Positions 9,759 through 19,283 of a stretch of DNA of 64,000 nucleotides are shown here, piece by piece. The translations under genes and the position numbers were made by a program. This stretch comes from an uncultured Thermotogae bacterium (GTDB lineage: Bacteria > Bipolaricaulota > Bipolaricaulia > RBG-16-55-9 > DRXL01), in NCBI GenBank assembly GCA_964473325.1, contig CAYYOG010000001.1, positions 133,694 through 197,693 on the forward strand. Reading direction: 5' to 3'. The notes beneath the pieces were generated by a model, which saw only the letters and a list, made by a program, of their open reading frames with translations, made no database searches and was not told the origin of the DNA. Numbering within the stretch: the stretch's first letter is position 1; every line of letters starts with the position of its first letter.

Positions 9759-10378
9759 GCAACGAGCGAGAGATCAGAGCCATCGCGCTGACGGTCATAG
9801 CAGCGTTCGCTCTCTGGTATTTCGCATTCCAGACAGAAGTCTGGAATTTCTGGACGAGGCTCTCGCTCGCGGCGGCGACCCTGGCCGCCAGTGCCCTCGC
9901 GCTGACACCCGACCGAGTCAAGCTCTTTCAGTTTCGTTGGCGCGATATAGCTATCGGCGTCATTTCGGCTCTCGCGCTCTATGGGATCTTCTGGCTGGGT
10001 AAGCAGATCGCTCCCCTGATCTTGCCCTTTGCAACAGCTCAGATCAGCAGCGTCTATGCCAATCGAGTGCAGCTCGATCTGGTTTGGATCGGGCTGCTCT
10101 TGTTCTTTCTTGTGGGACCCAGCGAAGAGATCTTCTGGCGTGGATTTGTGCAACGCCAGCTCAGCGAGCGATTCAGTGCCCCAGCAGCTCTTCTTGCGAC
10201 GACAGCGATCTATGCGTTGGTACACATCTGGACACTCAATCTCATATTGATACTCGCTGCGACAGGAGCGGGGCTCTTCTGGGGGTGGCTCTATCAGCGC
10301 ACGCAGAGCTTGGTATCGGTTATCGTCTCCCACGCCCTCTGGGACCTGCTTATATTTGTAGCCTTCCCGTTAATGTGA
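9755..10378 (+). CDS. CPBP (CAAX) family intramembrane metalloprotease
   Basis: EEIFWRGFVQ motif 1 and the HALWDL motif. Polytopic membrane protein. ATGA overlap with menA. Confidence 0.7.
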   Translation: MSNEREIRAIALTVIAAFALWYFAFQTEVWNFWTRLSLAAATLAASALALTPDRVKLFQFRWRDIAIGVISALALYGIFWLGKQIAPLILPFATAQISSVYANRVQLDLVWIGLLLFFLVGPSEEIFWRGFVQRQLSERFSAPAALLATTAIYALVHIWTLNLILILAATGAGLFWGWLYQRTQSLVSVIVSHALWDLLIFVAFPLM

Positions 10379-10482
10379 CATAACTCATAAAATGATATGA
10401 CAGAACTTATGGTGCAGCCTCATCAAGAGTCGGTAAAATTTATCAAGAAGAGTTATCAGCGATCAGTAAAAACGGAGGTTTT

Positions 10483-11592
10483 ATGAAGATAGCAGTTCCG
10501 AAGGAGACCGCGCCTTATGAGCGACGCGTCGCGTTAGTCCCAGAGACCGTCGCGAAGCTCGTGAAAGCTGGCATCGGAGTGCAGGTCGAAGCGGGCGCTG
10601 GCGTTGGGGCTTCGTATCCTGATGCCCAGTATCAAGCCATCGGCGCTCAGATCATTCCCGACCGAAAGACGCTCTTTGGCACTGCGGACATGGTGATCAA
10701 GGTGCAGAAGCCGACCCCAGAAGAAGTCGCGCTGCTGCGCGAGGGCAGCGTCCTGATCGGGATCTTGCAGCCGTTGCTCAATCCCGATCTCGTCCAGCAG
10801 CTCGCCCAAAAGAGGATCACAGCCCTCGCCATGGACATGATCCCCAGAATCACCCGGGCTCAGCCCATGGACGTGCTCTCGTCGCAGAGCACCGTGGCAG
10901 GCTATAAAGCCGTGCTGATGGCGACTCAGTATCTGCCCAAGTTCCTCCCCATGCTCTCGACCGCCGCGGGCACGATCACCCCAGCAAAAGTCTTTATCAT
11001 TGGTGCTGGGGTGGCAGGGCTCCAAGCGATTGCGACTGCCAGACGCTTAGGTGCTGTCGTCTCCGCGTTCGACGTCCGGCCCGCCGTCAAGCAAGAGGTC
11101 GAGAGCTTGGGTGCCAAATTCGTCGGCTTAATCATAGAAGAAGCTGCCGACAAGTCCGGCTACGCCAAGGAGCTGAGCGAAGAGCACCAGCAAAAGGAAC
11201 GCGAGCTCATCGCCAAGTATGTGAAGGAGTCCGACGTCGTGATCACGACGGCGCTCGTCCCCGGCAAGAAGGCCCCGCTGCTTATCACCAAAGATATGGT
11301 CGCTGCGATGAAGCCCGGCTCGGTGATTATAGACTTAGCTGCCGAGCAAGGCGGCAACTGTGAGCTCACCCAAGCAGGCAAAGAGGTCACGCTCGACGGC
11401 GTCACGATCGTCGGGCCGATCAATCTGCCCAGCTCGATGAGCTATCACGCCAGTCAAATGTACTCGCGCAACATCGCAAGCTTTCTCAGCTTACTCATCA
11501 CCAAAGAGAAGCAGCTCAATCTCGATTTCAATGACGAGATCATCAAAGGCTGCTGTGTCACTCATCAAGGTCAGATCATGCTGCAAAAATAA
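10483..11592 (+). CDS. pntA: NAD(P) transhydrogenase alpha subunit, part 1 (dI, NAD(H)-binding)
   Basis: MKIAVPKETAPYERRVALVPE..., an alanine-dehydrogenase-like fold. GAGVAG Rossmann motif. Confidence 0.9.
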   Translation: MKIAVPKETAPYERRVALVPETVAKLVKAGIGVQVEAGAGVGASYPDAQYQAIGAQIIPDRKTLFGTADMVIKVQKPTPEEVALLREGSVLIGILQPLLNPDLVQQLAQKRITALAMDMIPRITRAQPMDVLSSQSTVAGYKAVLMATQYLPKFLPMLSTAAGTITPAKVFIIGAGVAGLQAIATARRLGAVVSAFDVRPAVKQEVESLGAKFVGLIIEEAADKSGYAKELSEEHQQKERELIAKYVKESDVVITTALVPGKKAPLLITKDMVAAMKPGSVIIDLAAEQGGNCELTQAGKEVTLDGVTIVGPINLPSSMSYHASQMYSRNIASFLSLLITKEKQLNLDFNDEIIKGCCVTHQGQIMLQK

Positions 11593-11615
11593 CGAGCGAG
11601 CACTAAGGAGGCTTT

Positions 11616-11909
11616 ATGACTGAAGCACTGTTAGCAGCAATTTATATCTTCGTCGTCGCGATGTTCTTAGGGTTCGCGGTGATTACCAAGGTCCCGCCCT
11701 TGCTCCATACCCCCTTGATGTCCGGCTCCAATGCCATCTCTGGAATCACGATCATCGGGGCCCTGATCATCGCCGGACGCCAAGAGGGTTGGCTGCAGAC
11801 GATCCTCGGGCTCATCGCGATCATCTTAGCCATGACCAACGTTGTAGGTGGGTACTTGGTCACGGACCGAATGCTGCAGATGTTCAAGCGAAAGCCGGGT
11901 GAGAAGTAA
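11616..11909 (+). CDS. pntAB: NAD(P) transhydrogenase alpha subunit, part 2 (membrane)
   Basis: 97-aa hydrophobic protein between pntAA and pntB. Confidence 0.85.
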   Translation: MTEALLAAIYIFVVAMFLGFAVITKVPPLLHTPLMSGSNAISGITIIGALIIAGRQEGWLQTILGLIAIILAMTNVVGGYLVTDRMLQMFKRKPGEK

Positions 11910-13303
11910 TGTCTCTACGAGAAGTGCTCATTGCGTTGGCGTACATGATAGCGTCGGCGTGCTTTGTCATCGGGCTGATGTGGCTGCAGTCGCCCAAGCG
12001 CGCACGCGCCGGAAATCTCTTGTCCTCGTTGGGAATGCTTGTAGCGATCGTAGCCACGCTCTTCATCTCAGGGATCAAAGACTACACAATGATCATCATT
12101 GGGGCATTGATCGGCTCAGCCGTGGGAGCGGTGATGGCTCGCACAGTGCAGATGACGGCCATGCCCCAGATGGTCGGGCTCTTTAACGGCTTCGGTGGCG
12201 GGGCCTCAGCGCTCATCGCTGCTGCCGAGTTTTTCAAATACGCTGCTAACCCCAGCATCCTGACGCTCGACGTCTCCATCTCGATCATGCTCGCCATGAT
12301 CGTTGGGGCGATTACGTTCTCCGGAAGCATGATCGCTGCAGGGAAGCTTCAAGGGGTGGTCAACGAGCGTCCTATCACTTACCCCTATCAAAATATCATC
12401 AATCTGATTTTCTTCCTGACGATCGTCGCCGCGGCGGTCTTCTTGGTCGTCAACTTCGGGCATCCGTGGATCTTTCTCTATCTCACAATCGCAGCGTTGA
12501 TCTTCGGTGTGCTCTTTACGATCCCCATCGGCGGGGCAGACATGCCCGTCGTGATCTGCTTCTTGAACGCCTTGTCGGGCGTCGCTGCGGCGATGGCTGG
12601 GTTCGTCATTAAGAACAACGCCCTTATTATCGCAGGTTCGTTGGTGGGAGCATCGGGGGTTATTCTCACGCAAATTATGTGCTGGGCGATGAACCGCCCG
12701 ATCACCAACGTGCTCTTTGGGGCATTTGGCGCGGTCGTGACCGCGGGATCGTCCGCGACCGCCACAACCAAGACCGTCAAGCCCATTCAGGCCGACGAAG
12801 CTGCGATCTTGCTTGGGTATGCGCAGCTCGTGATCATCGTTCCCGGCTACGGCATGGCCGTCTCGCAAGCCCAGCATGCTGTCAGACAATTAGCTGACGA
12901 GCTTGGCAAGCGCGGGGTGACCGTCAAATACGCGATCCATCCTGTCGCGGGTCGTATGCCGGGACACATGAACGTTCTGTTAGCCGAAGCCAATGTCCCC
13001 TATGACCAGCTCTATGACATGGACCAGATCAATGACGAATTTCAGAATGCTGACGTCGCGCTGATCGTCGGGGCCAACGACGTGGTCAACCCCGCAGCCC
13101 GCTATGATAAGAGCAGCCCCATCTACGGGATGCCCATTCTCAATGCTGATCACGCTAAGCAAATTATAGTGCTCAAGCGCAGCATGAACCCAGGGTTTGC
13201 GGGGATCGAGAACGAGCTCTTCTATAACGACAAGACGCGAATGCTCTTTGGCGATGCAAAGGAGTCGCTCACGAAGCTCATCAATGAAGTGAAGAGCATC
13301 TAG
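11909..13303 (+). CDS. pntB: NAD(P) transhydrogenase beta subunit
   Basis: 464 aa. N-terminal TM bundle and C-terminal dIII NADP(H)-binding domain (GYGMAVSQAQH...GANDVVNP). Confidence 0.9.
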   Translation: MSLREVLIALAYMIASACFVIGLMWLQSPKRARAGNLLSSLGMLVAIVATLFISGIKDYTMIIIGALIGSAVGAVMARTVQMTAMPQMVGLFNGFGGGASALIAAAEFFKYAANPSILTLDVSISIMLAMIVGAITFSGSMIAAGKLQGVVNERPITYPYQNIINLIFFLTIVAAAVFLVVNFGHPWIFLYLTIAALIFGVLFTIPIGGADMPVVICFLNALSGVAAAMAGFVIKNNALIIAGSLVGASGVILTQIMCWAMNRPITNVLFGAFGAVVTAGSSATATTKTVKPIQADEAAILLGYAQLVIIVPGYGMAVSQAQHAVRQLADELGKRGVTVKYAIHPVAGRMPGHMNVLLAEANVPYDQLYDMDQINDEFQNADVALIVGANDVVNPAARYDKSSPIYGMPILNADHAKQIIVLKRSMNPGFAGIENELFYNDKTRMLFGDAKESLTKLINEVKSI

Positions 13304-13359
13304 GGAGTGTAGTGTGCTCGTAGGGCGGAGTGAGGGCCTCTATCACGCTTGGGGCGTGT

Positions 13360-13389
13360 TTGTAACGTGTCCCGACCATCAGGTACAAT
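13360..13389 (+). promoter_or_regulatory. Putative sigma70-type promoter for the acyl-CoA dehydrogenase gene
   Basis: TTGTAA (13360-65), an 18-nt spacer, then TACAAT (13384-89). An AGGAGG ribosome-binding site precedes the ATG at 13410. Confidence 0.4.
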
Positions 13390-13409
13390 GTGGCCGCTAG
13401 GAGGCATTC

Positions 13410-14552
13410 ATGGACTACCCGTTCTCCGAAGAGCATCGTATCTTCCGTCGTGCTGTCAGACGCTTCGTCGAAGAAGAGCTGAATCCGCACGTGGATGAGT
13501 GGGAGGCCGCCGGCATCTTCCCTAAAGAGCTTTATAAAAGAATGGGCGAGCTGGGATTCTTAGGGATTCGCTTTGACGAAAAATACGGCGGCGCTGGAGC
13601 AGATATCTGGTCCACCGTTGTCTTCTGCGAGGAGCTGGGACGGTGTCGCTCTCGTGGACTGACCATGAGCGTCCTGGTCCACACAGATATGAGCTCGCCA
13701 TATCTGTATGAGTACGGCTCCGAGGCCCTCAAACAAAAATATCTGCCTGCGCTCATCCGCGGGGAGAAAGTTGCAGCCATCGCCCTCACTGAGCCTCACG
13801 GCGGGTCAGATCTCGCCGCCATGCAGACCACCGCCAAGAAGAAGGGCAATCAGTATATCTTGAACGGGAGCAAGACGTTCATCACCAACGCGATCAATGC
13901 TGATATCTTCTTCGTAGCGGGCAAGACCGAGCCCAGTGCGGGCCATCGCGGGATCTCGCTCTTCTTAGTCGAGCGCGGCACTCCAGGGTTTGAGATCCAA
14001 AAGCTCCCGAAGAAATTAGGGATGCACGCCTCTGATACGGGAGAATTGTCTTTCGATAACTGCCCCGTGCCCGCGGACCATCTCATCGGGGAGGAGAACA
14101 AGGGCTTTTATTATGTTATGCAAGGGCTGCAGAACGAACGCTTCGTCTCGTGCGTGGCATGCACTTCTTCAGCCCAGCAAGCCCTCGAAGACGCGATTCG
14201 CTATGCTCAAGAGCGCGAGCTCTTTGGCAAGAAGCTCTCGGAGTTTCAGATTACGCGCCATAAGTTTGCCAAGCTCCAGACGAAGCTCGAAGCCGCCAGA
14301 CAATTGCTCTACCACGCAGCACGCCTGATGGAGGCCGGCGAGGACGCCACGATGGTCGTCTCAATGTGTAAAGCGTTCTGCGCTGACGTGGCCTGCGAAG
14401 TCGCCGATGAATGTCTCCAAATTCACGGGGGCTATGGCTACATCGAAGAGTATGACATCGCCCGGTTCTACAGAGATATTCGTCTCTGGAAGATCGGCGC
14501 AGGCACCACTGAAGTGATGTACGAAATTATCGCCAAACGAATGGGGATTTAG
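13410..14552 (+). CDS. Acyl-CoA dehydrogenase
   Basis: 380 aa. ACAD N-terminal, middle and C-terminal domains (YGGAGAD...TEPHGGSDLA...IHGGYGY). Confidence 0.85.
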   Translation: MDYPFSEEHRIFRRAVRRFVEEELNPHVDEWEAAGIFPKELYKRMGELGFLGIRFDEKYGGAGADIWSTVVFCEELGRCRSRGLTMSVLVHTDMSSPYLYEYGSEALKQKYLPALIRGEKVAAIALTEPHGGSDLAAMQTTAKKKGNQYILNGSKTFITNAINADIFFVAGKTEPSAGHRGISLFLVERGTPGFEIQKLPKKLGMHASDTGELSFDNCPVPADHLIGEENKGFYYVMQGLQNERFVSCVACTSSAQQALEDAIRYAQERELFGKKLSEFQITRHKFAKLQTKLEAARQLLYHAARLMEAGEDATMVVSMCKAFCADVACEVADECLQIHGGYGYIEEYDIARFYRDIRLWKIGAGTTEVMYEIIAKRMGI

Positions 14553-14590
14553 TAGTGTAGGGGCGAACGGCCGTTCGCCCCTACTTTTTC
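14548..14590. terminator. Bidirectional rho-independent terminator
   Basis: A perfect 14-bp inverted repeat GTAGGGGCGAACGG/CCGTTCGCCCCTAC is followed by TTTTTCT on the plus strand and preceded by an A-run. It sits between convergent genes. Confidence 0.8.
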
Positions 14591-14599
14591 TATAAAAAA

Positions 14600-15316
14600 C
14601 TATGGATCTACGTGCAGTGCCGCGACGATCTCCCCTGAGAACGTCCACGCCGTCTGACCGAGAACTGTCAGAGTCATATTCCGGACGTAGACAGAGCCTT
14701 CGAGCTCCGGGTCGCGTGGGTCGAGCTGCTTGTGCTTGAGCTTTAGCTCTGCTGTTAGCTGCGCTCCGTGCTGCACCAGTCCGGTAATCTTGTCTTTCTC
14801 ATACGTCGCCGTGATCGAGATTGGCGCGGTAATATCGCCGATCATATTGATCGCCGGGGCGACAACCTTGACGAACGTCTGCCCGTCTACTATGTTCTTT
14901 GTCGGATCGAGCATGAGGTGCTGCACCACGGTGCCAAAGCTGCCCAAATCGTAGCGGCCCTCGACCATCACGCGGCCGCTCACGAACGCGAAAGCTGCTC
15001 CCTCAATGAGCACACCAGCAGGGACAAGCCCCCCAAAGACGAACCGTCCGGCAGCGTGTCCCAGATCATAGCCCATCTCCGCGAGCTTGCCCAGATCACC
15101 GGCAAGATACGCTGAGCCCGCGAACTTATAGATGACAGCCCCGCCGGAATTATACCCCGGCGCGATCTCTATGCGATACGAGACAGCATAGGGCAGATCG
15201 CCCAAAAAGACCATCTGAGAGACCGTAAGCGTCCGGCCCTCTAGCGCCACGCTCCCTAGCCCGACAGCGAACACACCCAGAACAAACAGAAGAGATAGCT
15301 TCCCAAGACGAGCCAT
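14600..15316 (-). CDS. Hypothetical secreted protein (N-terminal signal peptide)
   Basis: 238 aa. MARLGKLSLLFVLGVFAVGLGSVA leader. No recognised domain. Confidence 0.5.
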   Translation of the reverse strand: MARLGKLSLLFVLGVFAVGLGSVALEGRTLTVSQMVFLGDLPYAVSYRIEIAPGYNSGGAVIYKFAGSAYLAGDLGKLAEMGYDLGHAAGRFVFGGLVPAGVLIEGAAFAFVSGRVMVEGRYDLGSFGTVVQHLMLDPTKNIVDGQTFVKVVAPAINMIGDITAPISITATYEKDKITGLVQHGAQLTAELKLKHKQLDPRDPELEGSVYVRNMTLTVLGQTAWTFSGEIVAALHVDP

Positions 15317-15406
15317 AGAATCCTCCTTCAGCTACGATCGTTTTGTGACGAAAATATTCTAGCAAACCCAAGCTGACCAGAAAAGTAACGGACGTTACAT
15401 TCACAG

Positions 15407-15940
15407 CTAGAACTTCCAACTCATTATTGTGAAGCTCCACGAGGGCTGTAGCCGAATAGATTTGGATTTCGCACCCCAGTTATACGCTGCCGTTGCGACA
15501 AGAGCCGGCACCAGCGGGGCCTTTAAGAGAAAGATTTGTTGGCTGACAGCAACCCAGACCTGTGTAGCCAGAAACGCTGCCCAAATGTTCCCATCAACCC
15601 GCCGCATGACTCCAACCAGCGCGACCCCAGCTAAGGCTCCTAGCCCCCGTCCCATGTTCACCGTGCGAAACCCTGGGGAATTGAGCCTAATGATTGACAA
15701 CGGATCGCCTTCGATCGGGATACGTTGTTGCAAGACAACTAACTTATAGAGCGGGTCACAACTTCGCTCCACTCGCATACACGCCGTGTGCACCGTGCCC
15801 AACCCGATAGCTCCACCGATGACTGCCCCAATTTCCGCCCCTAAAAAGCCTTCACCCCAAAAGCCACGGGGGACCTGCTGAGCCAGCACACCAGTGCCGA
15901 CCAATACCAAGAGAGCTGCACTCACCCAAAGATATCTCAC
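15407..15940 (-). CDS. Hypothetical exported or membrane protein
   Basis: 177 aa. Hydrophobic N-terminus MRYLWVSAALLVLVGTGVLA. Gly-rich segments. Confidence 0.45.
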   Translation of the reverse strand: MRYLWVSAALLVLVGTGVLAQQVPRGFWGEGFLGAEIGAVIGGAIGLGTVHTACMRVERSCDPLYKLVVLQQRIPIEGDPLSIIRLNSPGFRTVNMGRGLGALAGVALVGVMRRVDGNIWAAFLATQVWVAVSQQIFLLKAPLVPALVATAAYNWGAKSKSIRLQPSWSFTIMSWKF

Positions 15941-16079
15941 GATCTCCTCCTTCGCTTTTCCTATCGTTCAGAGTCTACTCTGTGAAGCGCTTTCGGTCGG
16001 TAATGCCGACTACATTGTTGCGTCGAGCGCCCTAATATCGTAAGCTGACGCTACGAGCTCAGAGCCAAGGAGGCCCTCT

Positions 16080-17663
16080 ATGAAGACATTCTACAAGAAG
16101 AAAGAAGATCTCTACAAAGAACTCCAGCAAGAGCGCGAGAGAATCCTTAAGATGGGTGACCCCGCCGTCTTGAAAAAGCGCAAGGAAACTGGACAACTCA
16201 ACGCCCGCGAACGATTAGAGTATCTCTTTGACCATGGCGAGTATACCGAGATTGGGATGCACATTAAGCATAGAACCGTGCACTTCGGTATGGATAAAGC
16301 GCAAATCCCTGCCGAAGGGGTCATCACGGCATTTGGGAGAGTAAACGGGCGTCCGATCGTAGCGTTCTCTGAAGACTACTCAGCGATGGCCGGGACCTTC
16401 GGGGAGTATCACGGCTTTAAGGAGGCCTATGCGATTCAATTCGCCATGGAGAAGGGCCTGCCCGTCATCGGGCTGAACGACTCTGCCGGGGCACGGCTGC
16501 ACGAGGGCATTGATACGTTAGAAGCCTACGGAAAGCTCTTCAGAACCCAGACACTCGCCTCAGGCGTCATTCCCCAAATCGCCCTGTTACTGGGCCCGTG
16601 TCTGGGCGGGCAGGCGTATCACCCGGTTATGCAAGATTTTCTCATCCAAGCCCGCGACACAGGGTTTTTGGGGATTGCTGGGCCAGCGTTCGTCAAGACC
16701 CAGATTGGTGAAGAAATAACTCTTGAAGAGCTCTGCGGCTGGAAGGCCCACGCTGTTAAAGCCGGCCAGACTCATATCGTTGCTAAAGACGACAAAGACG
16801 CGATAGATAAAGCCAAAGAATTACTTTCGTTCCTGCCATCGAATAATCGCGAGCGCCCGCCCCGCCGCCAGACCCAAGATCCTTCAGATCGCGCTATCCC
16901 TGAGCTCGACGAGATCGTCCCCGATGAGCCGTTCAAGCCCTTCGACATGAAAAGAGTCATCAAAGCGGTCGTAGACGACGGCTACTTCTTCGAGACGATG
17001 GAGCATCACGCCAAGAGCGTGATCACCGGGTTTGCGCGCTTTGGGGGACGTCCCGTGGGGATTTGGGCCAATCAACCCGCGTGGGCTGCAGGCACCATCG
17101 ACATCGACGCTGCAGACAAAGGGGCACGCTTCATCAGATTCTGCGATCTTTTTAACATCCCCATCGTGACGTTTGTGGACTGCGGGGGCTATATGATCGG
17201 CTCCCAACAAGAGTGGGCGGGGATCTTGCGCCATGGCGCGAAATTGCTCTTTGCCTGGGCCAACGCGACCGTGCCACTCATCTCCATTATCATAAGAAAA
17301 TCTTATGCAGGAGCTCACTACGGGATGCTCGATAAATCTATCGGCGCAGATTTTGTCTTCGCCTGGCCGACAGCCCGGATCACGATCGTTGGGGCGGAGA
17401 CCGCCGCAAGCGTGATCTTCGCCCGCGAGATCAAAGAATCCCCAAATCCTGAAGAAACGAGAGCCAAGCGAATCCAAGAGTTCAGCGAACTCTACGAGAA
17501 CCCCTATCGTGCAGCAGAACGTGGCTGCGTCGATGATATCATCATGCCCCACGATACGAGAAAATATATCACCCGTGCTCTGGATCTTCTCGAGAACAAG
17601 TTCGTTCCCCCTGGCAGTTGCCCCTGGAAAATTTGGAAGAAATATCCTAATATTAATCTCTAA
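16080..17663 (+). CDS. Acyl-CoA carboxyltransferase (PccB/MmdA type), the alpha subunit of a Na+-translocating decarboxylase
   Basis: 527 aa. N-terminal RERLEYLFDHGEYTEIG and tandem crotonase-fold CT domains. Confidence 0.85.
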   Translation: MKTFYKKKEDLYKELQQERERILKMGDPAVLKKRKETGQLNARERLEYLFDHGEYTEIGMHIKHRTVHFGMDKAQIPAEGVITAFGRVNGRPIVAFSEDYSAMAGTFGEYHGFKEAYAIQFAMEKGLPVIGLNDSAGARLHEGIDTLEAYGKLFRTQTLASGVIPQIALLLGPCLGGQAYHPVMQDFLIQARDTGFLGIAGPAFVKTQIGEEITLEELCGWKAHAVKAGQTHIVAKDDKDAIDKAKELLSFLPSNNRERPPRRQTQDPSDRAIPELDEIVPDEPFKPFDMKRVIKAVVDDGYFFETMEHHAKSVITGFARFGGRPVGIWANQPAWAAGTIDIDAADKGARFIRFCDLFNIPIVTFVDCGGYMIGSQQEWAGILRHGAKLLFAWANATVPLISIIIRKSYAGAHYGMLDKSIGADFVFAWPTARITIVGAETAASVIFAREIKESPNPEETRAKRIQEFSELYENPYRAAERGCVDDIIMPHDTRKYITRALDLLENKFVPPGSCPWKIWKKYPNINL

Positions 17664-17722
17664 CCAGACTTCGTCTGGACTGTTCACCGTGCCGCTTTGT
17701 GGCACGATATATGGTCCAGGCG
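17656..17722. repeat. GC-rich palindromic repeat element (family member 1)
   Basis: CCAGACTTCGTCTGGACTGTTCACCGTGCCGC-TTTGT-GGCACGATATATGGTCCAGGCGAAGCCTGG. Nested inverted repeats. It starts at the stop codon of the carboxyltransferase gene. Confidence 0.7.
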
Positions 17723-17749
17723 AAGCCTGGCACAAGGGGGATTGCAGCT

Positions 17750-17971
17750 ATGGCTCAAGAAATTATAGAAGCCCCATTGGCGGGGAAAGTCCTACACGTT
17801 CATGTGAAAGCCGGCGATAGGGTCACCGAAGGCCAGACCCTCTGCACCTTGGAAGCTCTGAAGATGGAGAACTCTATCGTCGCACCGGTCTCCGGTACTG
17901 TAAAAGAGATTCGCGTCGCCCCAGGCCAAGCCGTCAAGGCCACCGACGTCCTCGCCGTCATCGAATACTGA
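17750..17971 (+). CDS. Biotin carboxyl carrier subunit of the decarboxylase (biotinyl domain)
   Basis: MAQEIIEAPLAGKV...EALKMEN with a biotinyl-lysine motif. Start chosen after the upstream repeat, with a GGGGGA ribosome-binding site. Confidence 0.75.
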   Translation: MAQEIIEAPLAGKVLHVHVKAGDRVTEGQTLCTLEALKMENSIVAPVSGTVKEIRVAPGQAVKATDVLAVIEY

Positions 17972-17974
17972 CTA

Positions 17975-18109
17975 TGATCGACTGGGGGCTGGTCACGCAG
18001 ATTGCGCTCTCCGGCTTTGGCGTCGTCTTTCTCGTCTTAGGGCTCGTCGCAGTCATCCTCTGGGGAGCAAGTAAGATCATCCTGAAGCTCGAGCAGAGAT
18101 CACCATGAT
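17975..18109 (+). CDS. Small single-TM subunit, OadG/MmdD-like (decarboxylase gamma/delta)
   Basis: A 44-aa [47 protein letters not shown]. Its end overlaps the start of the beta subunit gene. Absent from the ORF track, which only lists ORFs of 60 aa or more. Confidence 0.55.
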
Positions 18110-19229
18110 CATCGGTGAGGGGTTGTTGAGCTTTGTGACGGGCGGGCCATTCCCCGGAAGCTATGTCGTCGCTTTCGTGATTGGAGCTTTCTTTGTCTAC
18201 GTGGGCATAGCGAAGAGATGGGAGCCTTTGCTCTTAGTCCCCATCGGCTTCTGCATGATGATCGTCAATCTCTTCCCACCGCTCTTTGCTGAGTCGACTG
18301 GGCTCTTCTCGCAGATTTATACCGTCGGCATCGCCACGGAAGTCTTGCCGTTGTTGATCTTTATTGGGCTTGGAGCGATGACCGACTTTGGCCCATTGAT
18401 CGCCAATCCCAAGACGTTACTTCTAGGAGCCGCAGCCCAGTTCGGCGTCTACTTTGTCTTCATTATGGCACTCTTAGTGGACTTTACGCTTCCGGAGGCT
18501 GCCAGCATCGGCATTATTGGAGGTGCTGACGGACCAACGACCGTCTACCTCACGGCAAAGTTAGCGCCTCATCTGTTGGCCGCAACGGCTCCTGCAGCAT
18601 ACTCGTATATGGCTCTCGTGCCCCTGATTCAGCCCCCGGTCATCAAAGCTCTCACGACCAAGAGCGAACGGGCTATCTATATGAAGCCCCAGTTGCGCGA
18701 GGTCTCCCAACGGGAAAAGATTCTCTTCCCTATCATCGCTGCAACAGTAATTATTTGGCTTGTGCCGCTGTCGGCTCCGTTAGTCGGGTCTTTTATGTTC
18801 GGGAATCTCCTGCGAGAATGCGGGGTCACGGAGAGACTCTCCAAAACGGCTTCAGAAGCGTTTATGGATATCTTAGTGATTCTCTTGGGGATCTCCATCG
18901 GGGGCTCCATGACCGCAGATAATTTCTTGAAGCCGCAGACGGTCTTGGTCTTTGTTCTGGGTATCGTTGCGTTTGCGACGGCGACGGCCTTTGGGGTTGT
19001 AATGGGCAAGATCATGAATCTCTTCTCCAGAGAGAAGGTCAACCCCATGATCGGCGCAGCTGGGGTTTCAGCCGTGCCGATGTCGGCGCGGGTCGTTCAA
19101 GTCTTAGGGCAAGAAGCTAATCCCAGAAATTTCTTGCTCATGCACGCGATGGGGCCCAACGTCGCCGGGGTGATCGGCACGATGGTCGCCGCCGGGATGT
19201 TCCTGCACTTCCTCCAAGCTCTGCCGTAG
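18105..19229 (+). CDS. Na+-transporting decarboxylase beta subunit (OadB/MmdB/GcdB family)
   Basis: 374 aa. Polytopic membrane protein with the conserved OadB architecture. Confidence 0.85.
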   Translation: MIIGEGLLSFVTGGPFPGSYVVAFVIGAFFVYVGIAKRWEPLLLVPIGFCMMIVNLFPPLFAESTGLFSQIYTVGIATEVLPLLIFIGLGAMTDFGPLIANPKTLLLGAAAQFGVYFVFIMALLVDFTLPEAASIGIIGGADGPTTVYLTAKLAPHLLAATAPAAYSYMALVPLIQPPVIKALTTKSERAIYMKPQLREVSQREKILFPIIAATVIIWLVPLSAPLVGSFMFGNLLRECGVTERLSKTASEAFMDILVILLGISIGGSMTADNFLKPQTVLVFVLGIVAFATATAFGVVMGKIMNLFSREKVNPMIGAAGVSAVPMSARVVQVLGQEANPRNFLLMHAMGPNVAGVIGTMVAAGMFLHFLQALP

Positions 19230-19283
19230 GCCTTCGGCGGGCGAAGATGAAGCCCACGCGCAGCGTGTGCCGGCAAAGCCTGG

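Noticed and set aside
9548-10333. 261-aa minus-strand ORF
   Set aside because: It is entirely antisense to the well-supported menA and CPBP protease genes. The sequence is low-complexity and Arg/Cys/Ser-rich with no recognisable domain. It is a typical high-GC antisense artefact.
12206-12889. 227-aa minus-strand ORF rich in His/Asp/Arg/Gly
   Set aside because: It is antisense to the pntB membrane domain. It is a composition-driven open frame.
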